A stretch of 63,894 nucleotides of DNA, filler included, from Octopus bimaculoides (GCF_001194135.2; 5 parts of 5 records of this genome joined end to end with filler, not necessarily neighbours in it); one strand, 5' to 3'; shown: positions 25,765 through 37,843, numbered from the whole stretch's first letter. Numbers and translations are program-made. Notes: generated from the letters alone by a model not told the origin.

Positions 25765-26284
25765 TGCTGCTATGTAGTAAGAAGCTTGCTTCCCACCTAC
25801 ATAGCTCCAGATTCAGTCCCACAGCGTGGCACTTTGAGCAAAGTGCCTTCTACTATAGCCTCGCGCCGACCAAAACTTTGTGAATAGGTTTAATAAAAAG
25901 AAGTTGAAAGAAGCCCATCGTATATATATATATACACACATGCGTGTGCGTGTGTCTTTGTGACACTGTCCCCGCCCCCATCGTTTCACAACTGGTGTTG
26001 GTCTGCTTATGTCTCCGGAACTTAGTGTCCCCGTACATCGGTCCCCGTACATCGGTCCCCGTACATCGGTCACTTTTCCAAACTGGTTGTCAAGCGGGGG
26101 TGGGGGACAAATATAGACACAAACACACACACATACGTATATACATACGTATATATATATATACACACATGCGTGTGCGTGTGTCTTTGTGACACTGTCC
26201 CCGCCCCCATCGTTTCACAACTGGTGTTGGTCTGCTTATGTCTCCGGAACTTAGTGTCCCCGTACATCGGTCCCCGTACATCGG
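25765..26284 (+). repeat. SINE A copy converted to a 229-bp tandem unit with internal 14-bp repeats
   Basis: The sequence from 25941 recurs at 26170. GTCCCCGTACATCG occurs x3 at 26027-26068 and x2 at 26256-26283, ending at a gap. Confidence 0.8.
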
Positions 26285-26829
26285 NNNNNNNNNNNNNNNN
26301 NNNNNNNNNNNNNNNNNNNNNNNNNNNNNNNNNNNNNNNNNNNNNNNNNNNNNNNNNNNNNNNNNNNNNNNNNNNNNNNNNNNNNNNNNNNNNNNNNNNN
26401 NNNNNNNNNNNNNNNNNNNNNNNNNNNNNNNNNNNNNNNNNNNNNNNNNNNNNNNNNNNNNNNNNNNNNNNNNNNNNNNNNNNNNNNNNNNNNNNNNNNN
26501 NNNNNNNNNNNNNNNNNNNNNNNNNNNNNNNNNNNNNNNNNNNNNNNNNNNNNNNNNNNNNNATATATATATAATAGTTCATTCTTTTATTAACCGCAAG
26601 GGCTTACATAAACTAACATTAAAGGACATGAAACAATATAAAAGACAAAAACGGGAGGATACAATGGGTTTTACGTTGTGTAAGCAATAAATAACTAATT
26701 AAATTAAACATTATAAAACTCCCCAAAGAAGAGGCACTTTAAAAGTCCTCGTGGAAAACCCACAAAAGCCACAGGTGCCTGACCAACAGGGCAAGAGCCC
26801 TTCTCCCTTAATTCTTTTTTTTATTTTAC

Positions 26830-29800
26830 AGGTGTACGCTCACAATTGGTCCTTTCACGCTGGGGCCATTCTTCCAGCATTCACCCACCTTTCAACAAAC
26901 TTGCTAGTAGGCAACACTTTCTTCTCCATCCTTAACTTCCTTTTCAAGTGAAACTTGAAAAAGTTGATGTGGGCTTGGCCTAAGAGGAAAGTGTCAGACT
27001 TTAGCCCTATCAGACGAATAAAAAAACTGCCTGCCCTTCCCACCCAAAGGAGGGAGGCGGAGCAATGTTCACTATTGATTCAGCTGATAGGCAGATCCGA
27101 CCTACACGTGACAGCAGGTGTTCGACATAAACCCTCAGGTTAGTAATACTCGGGCACTCGACGAGGGCGTGCAGAACAGTTTCATCGTTCTGGGCACACC
27201 TTGGGCAGGCCCAGCTGACGGCACTTCCGTGCCTATAAAGTTTATTTCGAACAGGCAGCACCCTTCGGTAGCATTGGAAGATGTCCATAGGCCCAGGCTC
27301 GGAAGTTCTCCGAAACAGACAGGTTAGTTGATCATCGGCGACGCCTAGAGTTTCTCCGAGAACGTCGTCGCACTTCCCCTTCGCTAGCCCTCTATAGAAC
27401 GCTTGAGTGGAACTATCATCGACCGCATTGCTCTCCTGGCGGAGAGCTGTGAGCGCTTGACGGTACTCAAGGTGCCAAGCGCCCCTCCTGGACTGCAGCT
27501 GAGTCAAAGAGACAAGCTGTGGAAAAGTGAGTCTGACAAACGACGATCACACCCGCTCACCGTCAAGGAAAAGCTGGAGATAACGTAGCCCGAGCGCATG
27601 TCTGTGCATCAGCATCCACGGTATGCCTAACCCTCCATTCAGCGGCAGTTGACAGCAGATGGAGCACCTAACGAGTGGAACGCGCTTCTTCCACAGAAAG
27701 CAGAAGAGTAAGCGCCCCAGCTTGGTCAACCAGCAAACGGGGCAAGGGACGACGGTCGAGCGGTAATAGATGATACATACAATGTACGCATTTGCCATCT
27801 CGGTTCGACCTTTCAGGGACAGCTTGCTCTTGGCCCATTTCTAGTTGAGATTGGCTACCCTGCGCGTCACCTCGTCACAGTTTTTCTCCACCTGGAGATC
27901 TGGACCAAACCAGACTCCGAGCAATTTAACCGGGCCGTCTGTCCAGCGCCCCACGATGCTGCTGGACGGCATGGACTTGCCTCTCCAAGTGCCGAGTTGC
28001 AAGCACACAGACTTTTCCCCTTTAATCTTTGCTCTTGTCACCGCTTCATATTCTTGTAGTGTGTCGCCAATCAGGTTTATATGCCTGTAGCTCGACACTA
28101 TGACGGTGACATCGCCAGCATAAGCAGACACACGTTTCCCACGTCCCAGATCACGCAGGATACTTCTCAAAGCCTGCAGCTTCCACAGTAATGGCTCAAG
28201 AGTCAGTACATACAGAAAAATGAAGAGAGGGCACACTTGACGGACCGAACGCAAGATGCTGAATGGTTCCGACTGGAGACCGTGCACCCGAACAACTGAG
28301 CAGATGCTGCTGTACAAAGCAGCGATTCAACCGCAGAAAACTGGACCGAAACAGGCTGACTTGAGGACAGCTGCCAAGTATTGATGGTCGACCCTATCAA
28401 AGGCTTTAGATCAATCTAAATTGATCAGAGCCCCATCCATGCCAGCCTCGTTACCTACCCTGTCTATGATGTAGCGCATAAGGTGGAGGTTGTCGTGGAT
28501 AGTCCCTGTTGGGATGGCGCATGTTTGATCCTCACCAACCAGCTTGTCTACGACAAGCGCAAACTTCTTGGCTAACGCCTTGGTCAAAATCTTCAACTCT
28601 GCATTGAGCACAGTGATGGGCCTGAAATTTTCTATAATGTCCCCCTTGTTTGGGTTTTTCTCAGCAGTGGCACAGGCCCGCGATAGACAAAAGTGGTAAT
28701 CTTCCCATTCTGCTGCCAGTTGCAGTAGATGTCTGCTAAGAGGCCCACAAACAAGTCTGGCATCGAAATATAAAGCTCGTAGGGCAGACCATCCAAACCC
28801 AGCGATCTGTCTCTCGTGCAGCTCTTCATCACTTCCTGTATCTCCGCGGCTGTTGTCGACCTTTTGTAGCACTCTGCCTCGCACGCCGAGAGTCGTGGCA
28901 GCCCGTCCAGGTACAAACCGAAGTCTGCCTTGTTATCCGGCCCACCATTCGTCCCGAACAATCAAGCAAAGTGCTGCTGAAAAGCCGCACACATCTGTTT
29001 CGCTTCGAACACCTCGCGTCCATTCTGGTCTAACAAAGACCGAATGGTGGCTTTATTGCCACTCTTCGTCTCCGCCACACGGGCCCATCGTGGCGCTTTC
29101 GTTCCCTCCCCGCTTAGTGAACGTGTCTTAGCTCTGACAACGCAGTCTTAGTTGTTTGGCGTCGAAAAATTGGTCGAAGTCCAACCTCGCCGCCAAGACG
29201 TCGGTTGCGATGCCTGTCCTAAGTGCCTCATTTAACTTTCTAACTAAAACTCCCTGTATTCTATATCGTTCTATCGCTAATGTCTTGCTAAACCTAAATG
29301 ATTCTACTCTTATTGTCCTTTTAAATAGCAAAACACCAGTTGTTGTTGCCGATTGCGCCCGTTAACGCCCACTTAAATAATTCGTTAATCTGATCTTTGT
29401 AAGCTTGACACGCCGGTAACTAGGTGTTCATCTTCCAGTAACTGGGACACTGTCTATGAAGCCTATCTAAGTCGACCGTACAGATCACAAATTTGTGGTC
29501 TGTGTAGCAGATCATGTGAAATTGTGGACATCCTATACTATCCTTGTCCGCTGGCCTATAAAATACCCTATTTAAATACGAACTAGATGACCCGATGAGG
29601 TTTGTCCAAGTCCACATTGGCACATTCGGGTAATCTAGTTGGTACCTGTTAGACAATTGAAAGCGTCTGAGCAAGTTTTTGAGGCTTCTGCACCCCGTCT
29701 CCTATCAGATACTCCTACGCAATCGAAACGTACATCTAAGACAGCGTTCCAATCCGCTACTAATACTAAAGTCCGAGACGTTCCCAGGAAAACCTCCAGA

Positions 29801-30199
29801 CACTTGAAGTAGTAAGACCGCTCCTACCGGAGCATAGGCACCACCGTCTCTGCTGTTCACATCTAGGACCACCTACTTACCTTCGGGATCCAGAAAGACT
29901 GCCTTTATTTTCAAATCCAGACCTTTCCGGAAAAGCACCACAGTACCACCACTTCCCCCTCCCGACCGACAAGGTGAAAGAAAAAGAACGATGAGATCCC
30001 GTGGGTCGGATAGTCTGGATTCACTAATGGTTGCTACTTCTACACAAAAGGACCTCAGGTCATTTAAAAGGTGACCTTGTTTCCAAGGCGATCTGAGGCC
30101 CCTACATTTATGCAACATATTCTGAGCATCACATATTAAAATAAATTTAAGACGGAGAAGAGCTCTACTTACCACTGTTGTCTGGTAGGGTTTTCCCAC
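26830..30199 (-). pseudogene. LINE ORF2 remnant (APE endonuclease, reverse transcriptase, C-terminal Cys/His domain)
   Basis: APE: CRGLRS...TISESR, ADWNAVLD, YTDHK. RT: FRPITVLNAELKILTKAL, LINLD*SKAFDRVDH, VRQVCPL, SAYAGDVTV (YADD mutated). C-terminus: CPRCAQNDETVLHALVEC. Many frameshifts. Confidence 0.88.
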
Positions 30200-32059
30200 A
30201 TGGTCTTTGGTGTGGGGGTTTCCACGAGGTTTTTATAAAGCCTTTTGGAGAAGGTCTTTTGGAAGGACCCAAAAGCATTTGGAAAATTTATTTTCAAAGT
30301 GTTGTATGTTTCTTGCGTCATTTAAAAAAATTGTATGTGTGGTGGTGGCGCATTGTGTGTTGGGAAAGTAAAGTCTTCTATTGTGGTGTTTGCGTTTTCT
30401 CTGATGTGTTTAACAAGATCCACGCTGTCTGTGTTGATGGCTGTGAGGTTGGTGGTGTTTGTGCAGTCTGTTTGTGTTGTGTATTGTGTTGGTGTTTGAG
30501 GTGGTAGTGCTAGTGGAGGTGGTAGTGCTGGTGGAGGTGGTGCTGTTGCTGGTTGTTGTGTGTGAGTGTTGCTGTTGTTTGGAAGTTCCTCTTGTTTACG
30601 CCTCCTCCTCTTTTCCTCTACTTTCTCTTTAGTCTGTTTCTTTTTAGTGGGGCGAACTATCTGCCACTCCCCACTCTTGACCTCAGTACTCGAACAGTCC
30701 GAGTTGTTTTGGTCAGGAAGGGGAATTTTCTTTGGGACTTGGTTTTCTTGGGATTCATCTGTTGCTGCTGCTGCTACTACTGTAGTAGCTGTTGGTGGTG
30801 GTGTTACTGCTACTGGTACTCCGGTTGATGGTAGTGGTATTCCAGCTGGTATCTTTGTTGTCGGTGTTGGTGGTGCCCTGGCTACGGCTGGAGGCGGCGT
30901 CGCTGTTGCCGTTGCTGCTGCTCCTGCTGCTGGTCTTAGTGTTGGTGTTTGGGTTGGTTTCTGCTGCTGCTGTTGTTGCTGTTGCTATACTGGGGTTGTT
31001 CCTGGTTCTGGTGTCGGTAGTAACGGCCGACGCACCTCTTTGTGTTTGGAGAAGTCGACCTTCAGGTGCTGATCGTTTCCAAAGAAGTAGCACATCGGCC
31101 TCCTGCCCTCTACAGCCACGTATAGTTTCGTGCCGTCAGGTAGGTTTATTGAATCAGAGATTGAATTTAGGTCCTCTTGTTCAATTTGAACAAGAAGCTC
31201 CAACCCCTGACCCGTCCAATTTTGTTGGTGCAATTTATGAACCTCCAGTGTTGTGGCGGTGTCCTCTATGTCTAAGAAGACAGCCACCACCAGCCAGCAT
31301 ATATTTATTTCAAGGGGTACCTCCCCAATTTTAATTTTGATAACGCTCCAACCAAGATATGTTGGCACGAGCAGAAGGTCTTCCGAAAATAGTGGCACTG
31401 CAGAATGTTTTCTTTCTTCTTCTGTTGCGAAGCGCTCTTCCACAGTGCCGAACTGTTTTCCACGTGTCACATACGTTTTATTTTCCCAAATTGGTTTGAG
31501 AATCAGTTCCGGTTGTTGTTGTGTTGCTCGTCCCAATTCCTTTGTTGTTTATACATTTATACGTTATTGTTTTTCTGTTGGTACTCATAATTTCTTGTGG
31601 GGCATTTAGTGAGACATTATTGCCTTGTCTCACTAATAGCCCCTTTGAATTTTTTAAATCCTCTAACGTAACGTTTATCTTTTCTCTCGTCTGCTTCGCT
31701 GCAGAAGCGAAACCGTGTGTGTTGGATTTGTCTTTCCCGTTTGTGCTTGCATTTTCTTCCTTGTTCTTGTTGGTGTTTATGGAGGTGGTGACGTTGGCGG
31801 TGTTTTCTCTATTATTTTTCTTTTCCATGTTAATGGTGTTGCTGGTGGTATTAGTACTGGTGTCGTTTGTGCGGTTCGTACTGTCAAGAATCACTGCACT
31901 CCACGACAGACTCCATATTGTTTTTCGTGAAAACGAAAAAACAGAAACAATTTTTTTTTTCTTTTGTAGAAAAGGACTAAACGCCCATAATTCACCCCTA
32001 AAAGAGAGAACTTTTAACAAAAGAACCCCTTCTGCACACCAGAGGAGTTCGGAAAACAA
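30200..32059 (-). pseudogene. LINE ORF1 remnant with degenerate zinc knuckle and T/Q-rich low-complexity tracts
   Basis: VAVEGRRPMCYFFGNDQHLKVDF resembles a decayed CX2CX4HX4C knuckle; lies directly upstream of ORF2. Confidence 0.7.
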
Positions 32060-32193
32060 CAGCAGTTAAACAAAACAGTCAACAACCTTCAATAGCACAG
32101 CAAAAATTCCAACTTACACGTCTAATCAAGGCGAGCTAAACAATAATAATTTCTTAAGTACCGAGAAGATGGATTTGGTATCAACCTTTATTT

Positions 32194-32299
32194 TGTACAA
32201 CGGTCGTTTCGACCCATCTTGCTACTGTCCCTTATGGGTGAGACTCCGTTCAACATGTTGTGTTGCATCAATTTTACAGTCTGGGTCTCGTCAGGTACA
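32194..32299 (-). ncRNA. Type I hammerhead ribozyme motif (Penelope-LTR style) with enlarged stem II loop
   Basis: Minus strand reads TGTAC-CTGACGA-GACCCA-(65 nt)-TGGGTC-GAAAC-GACC-GTT-GTACA. CUGANGA and GAAA cores are intact, stems I and II are perfectly paired, and AATAAA follows. Confidence 0.65.
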
Positions 32300-32669
32300 T
32301 CTATACATAAAGTTGTGTCTCGCTAAAGATCCTAAGTTTTGGTTGTCATGTTGTTATACGCTTATCTGGTTAGGAAGTGAAACATTGCAACAATTTTCAG
32401 TTACTATTATCTTCATTCAATAAGAGTTACAGACACTTGTAAATATAGACAAATAATTGTCTATATTGTCCGAAGGAAAAAAATGTAGGGGAAATGAATG
32501 GATGGACAGGGCTGGATTGATTTACTTAAGAAATTATTATTCTTATCTCAACTAACACTGCGGAGTTCCTGATGTAAATCCAATGGAAATATAGGTAGCC
32601 CAAACTGTGTCAGTGCTCTACTCAACATTTCCGCACACTAATCGATATATACCCATTAGTCCAAAATAT

Positions 32670-32960
32670 ATGGCTTAGTGGTTAGGGCATTCGGCTCACG
32701 ATCGTAATTTCATGAGTTCAATTACTGGCGACGTGTTGTGTCCTTGAGCAAAACACTAGTTTACGTTGCTCCAGTCCACTCAGCGGGCAAAAATGAATAG
32801 TACCTGTATTTCAAAATGGACCAGCCTTGTCATATTCTGTGTCACGCTGAAGTTCGTTCCCAGTGAACTACGTTAAGGATACGCGTGTCTGTGGAGTGCT
32901 CAACCACTAGCACGTTAATTTCACGAGCAAGTTGTTCAGTCGTAACAGACGGAGTGCCAA
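32670..32960 (+). mobile_element. tRNA-derived SINE family C
   Basis: TGGCTTAGTGGTTAG A-box, GAGTTCAATT B-box-like, GTCCTTGAGCAAAACACT CORE-like segment. Confidence 0.65.
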
Positions 32961-32972
32961 TATATATACATA

Positions 32973-33985
32973 CAGGATTGGACAAAATAAATGTAACACG
33001 TTAAATTCAATGAATATTCATTTAATATGGATTTAGTCTTCTTTTATCATTCTGAACAGCTTCGATGCGTCTAGGATTGATTCATACAGCTTCCTCACTT
33101 CTTAGGAGGAGACATTCTTCCTTCAAAACTTGCTCCAACTGTTACAGACACGACGGTGGAGGGTAACGACTTCTAGCTTGTCACCCCAAGATGCACCACA
33201 AATGCTCACTAATACTAAAATTTGCAGATTGATTGGGGCCAACCCATGTGTTGTAGCTCACTATTATGCCCTTCATACCAATTCTTAATCACGTGAGAGA
33301 TGTGTATTGGAGCATTGTCCCCTTGGAAGCTGCACTCACCACCAGGGAATAATATATGAACCACAGGAAAGACTTAATTTCCCAAAATATTCAGATAATC
33401 ATTGCTGTTGATCCTACCATGCAGAGCAACGATTGGACCGAGAGGATTCCAATAAATGACTACCCAAACCATCACAGACCCTTCTACGTGCTTCACTGTA
33501 GGAAGAAGGCAGTCAGGATTAAAAGTTTCCCCGGGCTGCCTTCACACATAAACTCGCCCTGCAGTGGAGAAAAGAGAAAAACTGGACTCGTCGGAGAATA
33601 TTACTTGCTTCTATTGGTCTGTCGACCAGCCCTTGTGATGTCTTCACCAGTTTATCCTTTTCTGAAAGTTTTGATGAGAAAGCAGAGGTTTTCTGACGGC
33701 GGCTCTTACATGATGTCCAGTTTTATTGAGCTCACGGCGAACAGTTTTAGTCGAAACTGGGCTAGTCAGTTGTTGATTCAACTCTGTAGTCACTTTAGTG
33801 GCAATTGCCCGATGGTTTTTCATCACAGTGCAATCCAACACTCGTCGACCTCTTTCAGTGAGCCTCGAAGTCCTGCTGGACTTATTCCTCCTACAGGAGG
33901 TTTTGCCTTGCTTCTGAAGTTCAGTCATGGTCCTTGATATGGTAGCTGTCGCAAAAACCTTGAGTCGCTCTGTTGCTTCTTCTAA
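32973..33985 (-). mobile_element. Tc1-type (DD34E) transposon, defective, 5' end lost at gap
   Basis: TA|CAGG end at 32971-32976; HTH region STKTVRRELNKTG...RKPLL; IFSDES, FQGDNAP and SANFSISEHLW catalytic motifs. Confidence 0.85.
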
Positions 33986-34168
33986 ATATTAATATATATA
34001 TATATATATATATATANNNNNNNNNNNNNNNNNNNNNNNNNNNNNNNNNNNNNNNNNNNNNNNNNNNNNNNNNNNNNNNNNNNNNNNNNNNNNNNNNNNN
34101 NNNNNNNNNNNNNNNNNNNNNNNNNNNNNNNNNNNNNNNNNNNNNNNNNNNNNNNATACATACATATA

Positions 34169-34790
34169 CAGGGTTCGGGGAGTAAATTATCTAAATCACG
34201 CAAAATTAAAAATAACAAAATAACACTGACATCTCATTTTAAAAGATACGTTTGCTAAAATTACATAAAAATATCTTGAAATACTAAAGAGTAAATTTAT
34301 CAATAAAATCGCCATTGGCTTCTACCACGGCCTCCAGATGACTTCGGAAACTCCTGCAACTGCTCTGGACAGTTTCCTTCTTTAATATGATGAATGCTGC
34401 TATAATTCTTGCCTTCAGTTCATCTTTGGTGTTACAAGGAGTTTTGTCGGTCTCTCGCTCAACTGCGCCCCACACATAATAATCAAGGGAATTGCAATCT
34501 GGAGAGTTAGGTGGCCAGATTTTAAGGGTTATGTGATCGCAGAAATCGGCAGCCATGATTGGGTTCTCCTGCTTGTGTGGCATGGTGCAAAGTCCTTTTG
34601 CCAGACATAAGGTCTTCTAGCAACCACCCTCTTGGCCAGGGCAGCACTACCTCCTCCAGGCACTTGATGTAGGCCTCTGTGTTGAATCTGATGTTGTGTG
34701 GTAAGATGAATGGAGGCATAACATCGCCACCACTAGTGATCTCTCCAAACACCAATGATGTTGAATGGATGTTTGATTTTTATCCCTTTC
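34169..34790 (-). mobile_element. maT/DD37D-like transposon 3' fragment
   Basis: TA|CAGGG end at 34167-34173; MVFG...VMPPFI, APCHTS and WPPNSPDCNSLDYYVWG motifs. Confidence 0.8.
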
Positions 34791-34911
34791 GGTACATGTT
34801 TTGGAGACACGGCAAGCCAACGGCTGTTCTGTGTACAGATCTATATTTAAGAGAGAAGGAATTATGTACATTATTTACATTCGACGGATATTTGTCCTCA
34901 TCTTGTTTGTT

Positions 34912-34958
34912 GTTAACAACGTTTCGGCTGATATACCCTCCAGCTTTCTTCAGGTAAA
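34912..34958 (-). ncRNA. Second, degenerate hammerhead motif in the left inverted arm
   Basis: Minus strand TTTAC-CTGAAGA-AAGCTG...CAGCC-GAAACGTT-GTTAA, with one mismatch each in stems I and II. Confidence 0.45.
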
Positions 34959-34998
34959 TACCCTTAGGAATGAGAACCCAGGTTCGAAATATCCCAAA

Positions 34999-35044
34999 GA
35001 CACCTGAAGAAGGCTGGAGGGTATATCAGCCGAAACGTTGTGCT
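34999..35044 (+). ncRNA. Minimal type I hammerhead ribozyme motif
   Basis: GACAC-CTGAAGA-A-GGCTG(gagggtatat)CAGCC-GAAACGTT-GTGCT with palindromic AACGTT stem III; antisense twin at 34912-34958. Confidence 0.6.
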
Positions 35045-35439
35045 AACAACAAACAAGATGAAAACAAATATCCGTCGAATGTAAATAACATAAATAATGT
35101 AAATAATGTACATAATTCCTTATCTCTTAAATATAGAACTGTATTATCTAATCGTTACGGAGCCGACATTAGACTTCAAGAGAGACATATAGAGAAATTC
35201 CATCAAAAACTAGCTCGTCTTTCAAACCATCTAACTTTCTTGTGTAGACTCAAAGCTAATACCACCTGGCTTGAATATAATGATACCAGTCGATTCACAT
35301 AAAGCTAAAAGAGTAGCGGAAAGGGCAGGACACGCCCTCGTCCGTGAGAGGATCCATTACAACCGTTGGAAAAAAACATCAATTAAATTACATCATTAAA
35401 AAAACATCAATTAAAAAAAACATCATTAAATAACGAAAT

Positions 35440-37660
35440 CAAAGAAAGCCTCCACTGTTTTCAAGACAATACCACGTAGCCTTACGTCACTGGTTTCAAA
35501 AGGAGACTGGCCCGGGGGTCCCTGTGCAAGGAACTTCGTCTTCAAAATGTCGTGGCTTTTCCTGTTCTCGGGCTTTTTCTTGGAGAGTGCGGGTGCAAAA
35601 GACCATGTCGATAGTACCACAGGTGGGGGCAGAAGCTGAACAGAGGCTCTGGAAAAACTTCCTCAGCGATGACCACTAATGTGTCTAGTAGGATCCTGGC
35701 GAAGTTCTTCCTAGCGATGCTGAAAAAGAAGATGCCACGATAGTTTCCGCAGATTGTCCGGTCTCCCTTCTCGAAGGCTGTAATGATGGTCGCATCTTTA
35801 AGATCCTGCTTCTGCATCCATATACGTTTAATAAGAATACACAACCTGGTCTTCACGGTTTGACCACCCTGAGATAGGAGCTCTAGAGATATGTTGTCAG
35901 GTCTAGGTGCTTCCCTTGCCGTCATGTGTTTTAGGGCCTTTTGATATTCAGGGTAGTTTGGAGGTAGTGTCATCCAGTGTCGGTTCGGATATTGGGGACA
36001 TTTCGTAGCAAGTTAACCACTGCAGTCGATAGCCGGTTCAGGAGTGTTTGAAAGTGTTACTTTCCTTGTTGAAGTATCACTTAATCGTCCACAACGGAGG
36101 TGAAGCCGTCGGAAGATTTGTATGTATTAGTTGTTCCGCAACGGAAACCCAAAATTTCCTTTGTCGTTGCGTAAAAATGCCTAAATCTCTGCTGTTCATG
36201 GATAACTGTATCTTCTTTGCTTTTGCTTGCCACCAGAGATTCTGGAGTTCATGAAACCTACACTGGCATTGCTATTTGGCCTCTCGGAAGCGTCGCAAAA
36301 GTATTTGTAATAGCCATTTATTTCTTCAGCAGCTTTGGTGATCATTTCGCGTCGAATAGACCAGTTTGTTTCATTTCTGTCTATCTGTGGTGATGGGGAT
36401 ACCTTGTGTTGAAGTTACGTGAGGCGAAACGAGTAATCCAGCTCAACTGTGTCCTCCTTGCAGATTTATTGGAGTACGGAAGGTTTCGCAGCCGGAGCCA
36501 AAGCTGGGAAATGAGTAGTCAATGATCCGTTCAACAGTCATCTGTGCCGGGGAGGCTGAGGGTCACAAATATGTCGCTCCTGTCATAGGATCTGGTGAGG
36601 ACCTAGTCCAGGATGTGCAAGCCTTTTGATCTCGAATGTCTGCATGTGGTCTTGTGGCGGTTGGGAGACGGAAGAGTGTGTTAGTAAACACCAGCTCGTT
36701 TGTAACCACCAGCAGTCCGTTCTAATTGCAATTTCCCACACCCTGCTTTCCCAGAATTCCTGTCCACAAGCCATTAGGTCGTCCAAAACTGGCGTTGGAA
36801 TTTCCCAACACGAGGAGTTTCTCTTCTTGGCACGACCTGGATGGTGCTGTTGAGATCGGAGTAGAAAGAATCCTTGATCTCACCACCAGACCCATGGGTG
36901 GTTGTGTAAGCTGAGGTCAACATAAAATGATTGTTATTGGGAAGAGGAAGGCAAAGGGATATGATCCGTTTTCTAATAGAAATGGGAGCCAGATTATATT
37001 TATTCACTGGGAAAACCTTCACCGCGAAGCCGACACCCGGATTCGCTGCTTTGTAAGATCATTGCCTCTCCATGAAAAAGTTTAATTCGCTCCTTCTTCT
37101 CAAAGTCGACCCTCGCCAGCAAGAGCCATGATGTCCGCATTGTAACGACTCAGTTCTCTGCTCACTAGAGCAGTGCGCCTGTGGGGTCTGTCCGTGTCAT
37201 CCAGGTTCAAACGTGTGCGCACATTCCAACACCTCACAGTAAGAAAAATATTCTTTTTCTTATTCTTTTTACCACTGTAGTGGGTAAGTCAGTCAGGGAA
37301 AAAGAGTTGTGTCTGATGTTTACCCCAACTTTCCTAGGGGCTTCCTCGTACGAGGAAGGCTGCGATGATACTGAATAGGCCAGTCGATTCGCATCCTACA
37401 GCTGCCGAACAACCACAACACTAAACATCGTGGACAGAACGACCTTCCGGTAAGAGCCGCCAGTACGTAGCTCCGGACTAGAGGTTTCCAGTTGACAAAG
37501 CCTACCTCTGTCACCGGTTTACCGTTGCTACTGGAATTAAGGATGGAAGCGGAGAGGCTCATTGTTCAAGCCGCAGATGGCTTTCGCGTGATTTTGGGTT
37601 GCGATCACAAGGGCCATACACTTGGCCACTCGCCTTCACCATGTGTTTTTGAGCCATGTT
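35440..37660 (-). mobile_element. RTE-clade LINE, 5' UTR + APE + partial RT, 3'-truncated
   Basis: WNVRTR...RRTALVSRELSRYNADI (~37220), LGKQGVGNCN, APRPDNISLELL, KGDRTICGNYRGI, TIDMVF...LQEKAREQ. Confidence 0.85.
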
Positions 37661-37814
37661 TCTTACCACATAGCCACACCTGCGCCTGTATGTGTGCGCA
37701 TGTGTGTGTGTGTGTGTGCGTGTGTGTGTATGTGTGTACGTGTGTGTGCGTGTGTGTGTGCGTGTGTGTGTGTATATATATATATATGTATATATGTATG
37801 TACGTATATATATA

Positions 37815-37843
37815 CTAGCAGAAATACCCGGCTTTGCCCGGGT
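37815..37843 (+). mobile_element. Helitron/Helentron-type terminus (CTAG plus GC hairpin)
   Basis: CTAG at 37815-37818 followed by the hairpin ACCCGG(ctttgc)CCGGGT at 37826-37843; other end not identified. Confidence 0.4.

Larger units (their letters stand above)
26572..32137 (-). mobile_element. Near-full-length L1/Tx1-group LINE, defective
   Basis: Two-ORF layout on the minus strand: ORF1 remnants ~30200-32059, ORF2 remnants ~26830-30199, and a 3' UTR with AATAAA near 26586-26591. The 5' boundary is approximate. Confidence 0.88.
34834..35380 (+). mobile_element. Penelope-like element 5' region with inverted pseudo-LTR arms and ORF N-terminus
   Basis: Inverted arms at 34834-34955 and 35002-35143 with a 46-nt spacer; downstream KLARLSNHLTFLCRLK and AERAGHALVRERI resemble PLE ORF N-termini. 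Confidence 0.7.

Noticed and set aside
26027-26068. Short direct repeats as a possible CRISPR array
   Set aside because: They are contiguous 14-bp units without spacers, in a eukaryotic SINE context, with no cas genes.
30553-32069. Several long + strand ORFs rich in V/L/A/C
   Set aside because: They are antisense to the low-complexity LINE ORF1.
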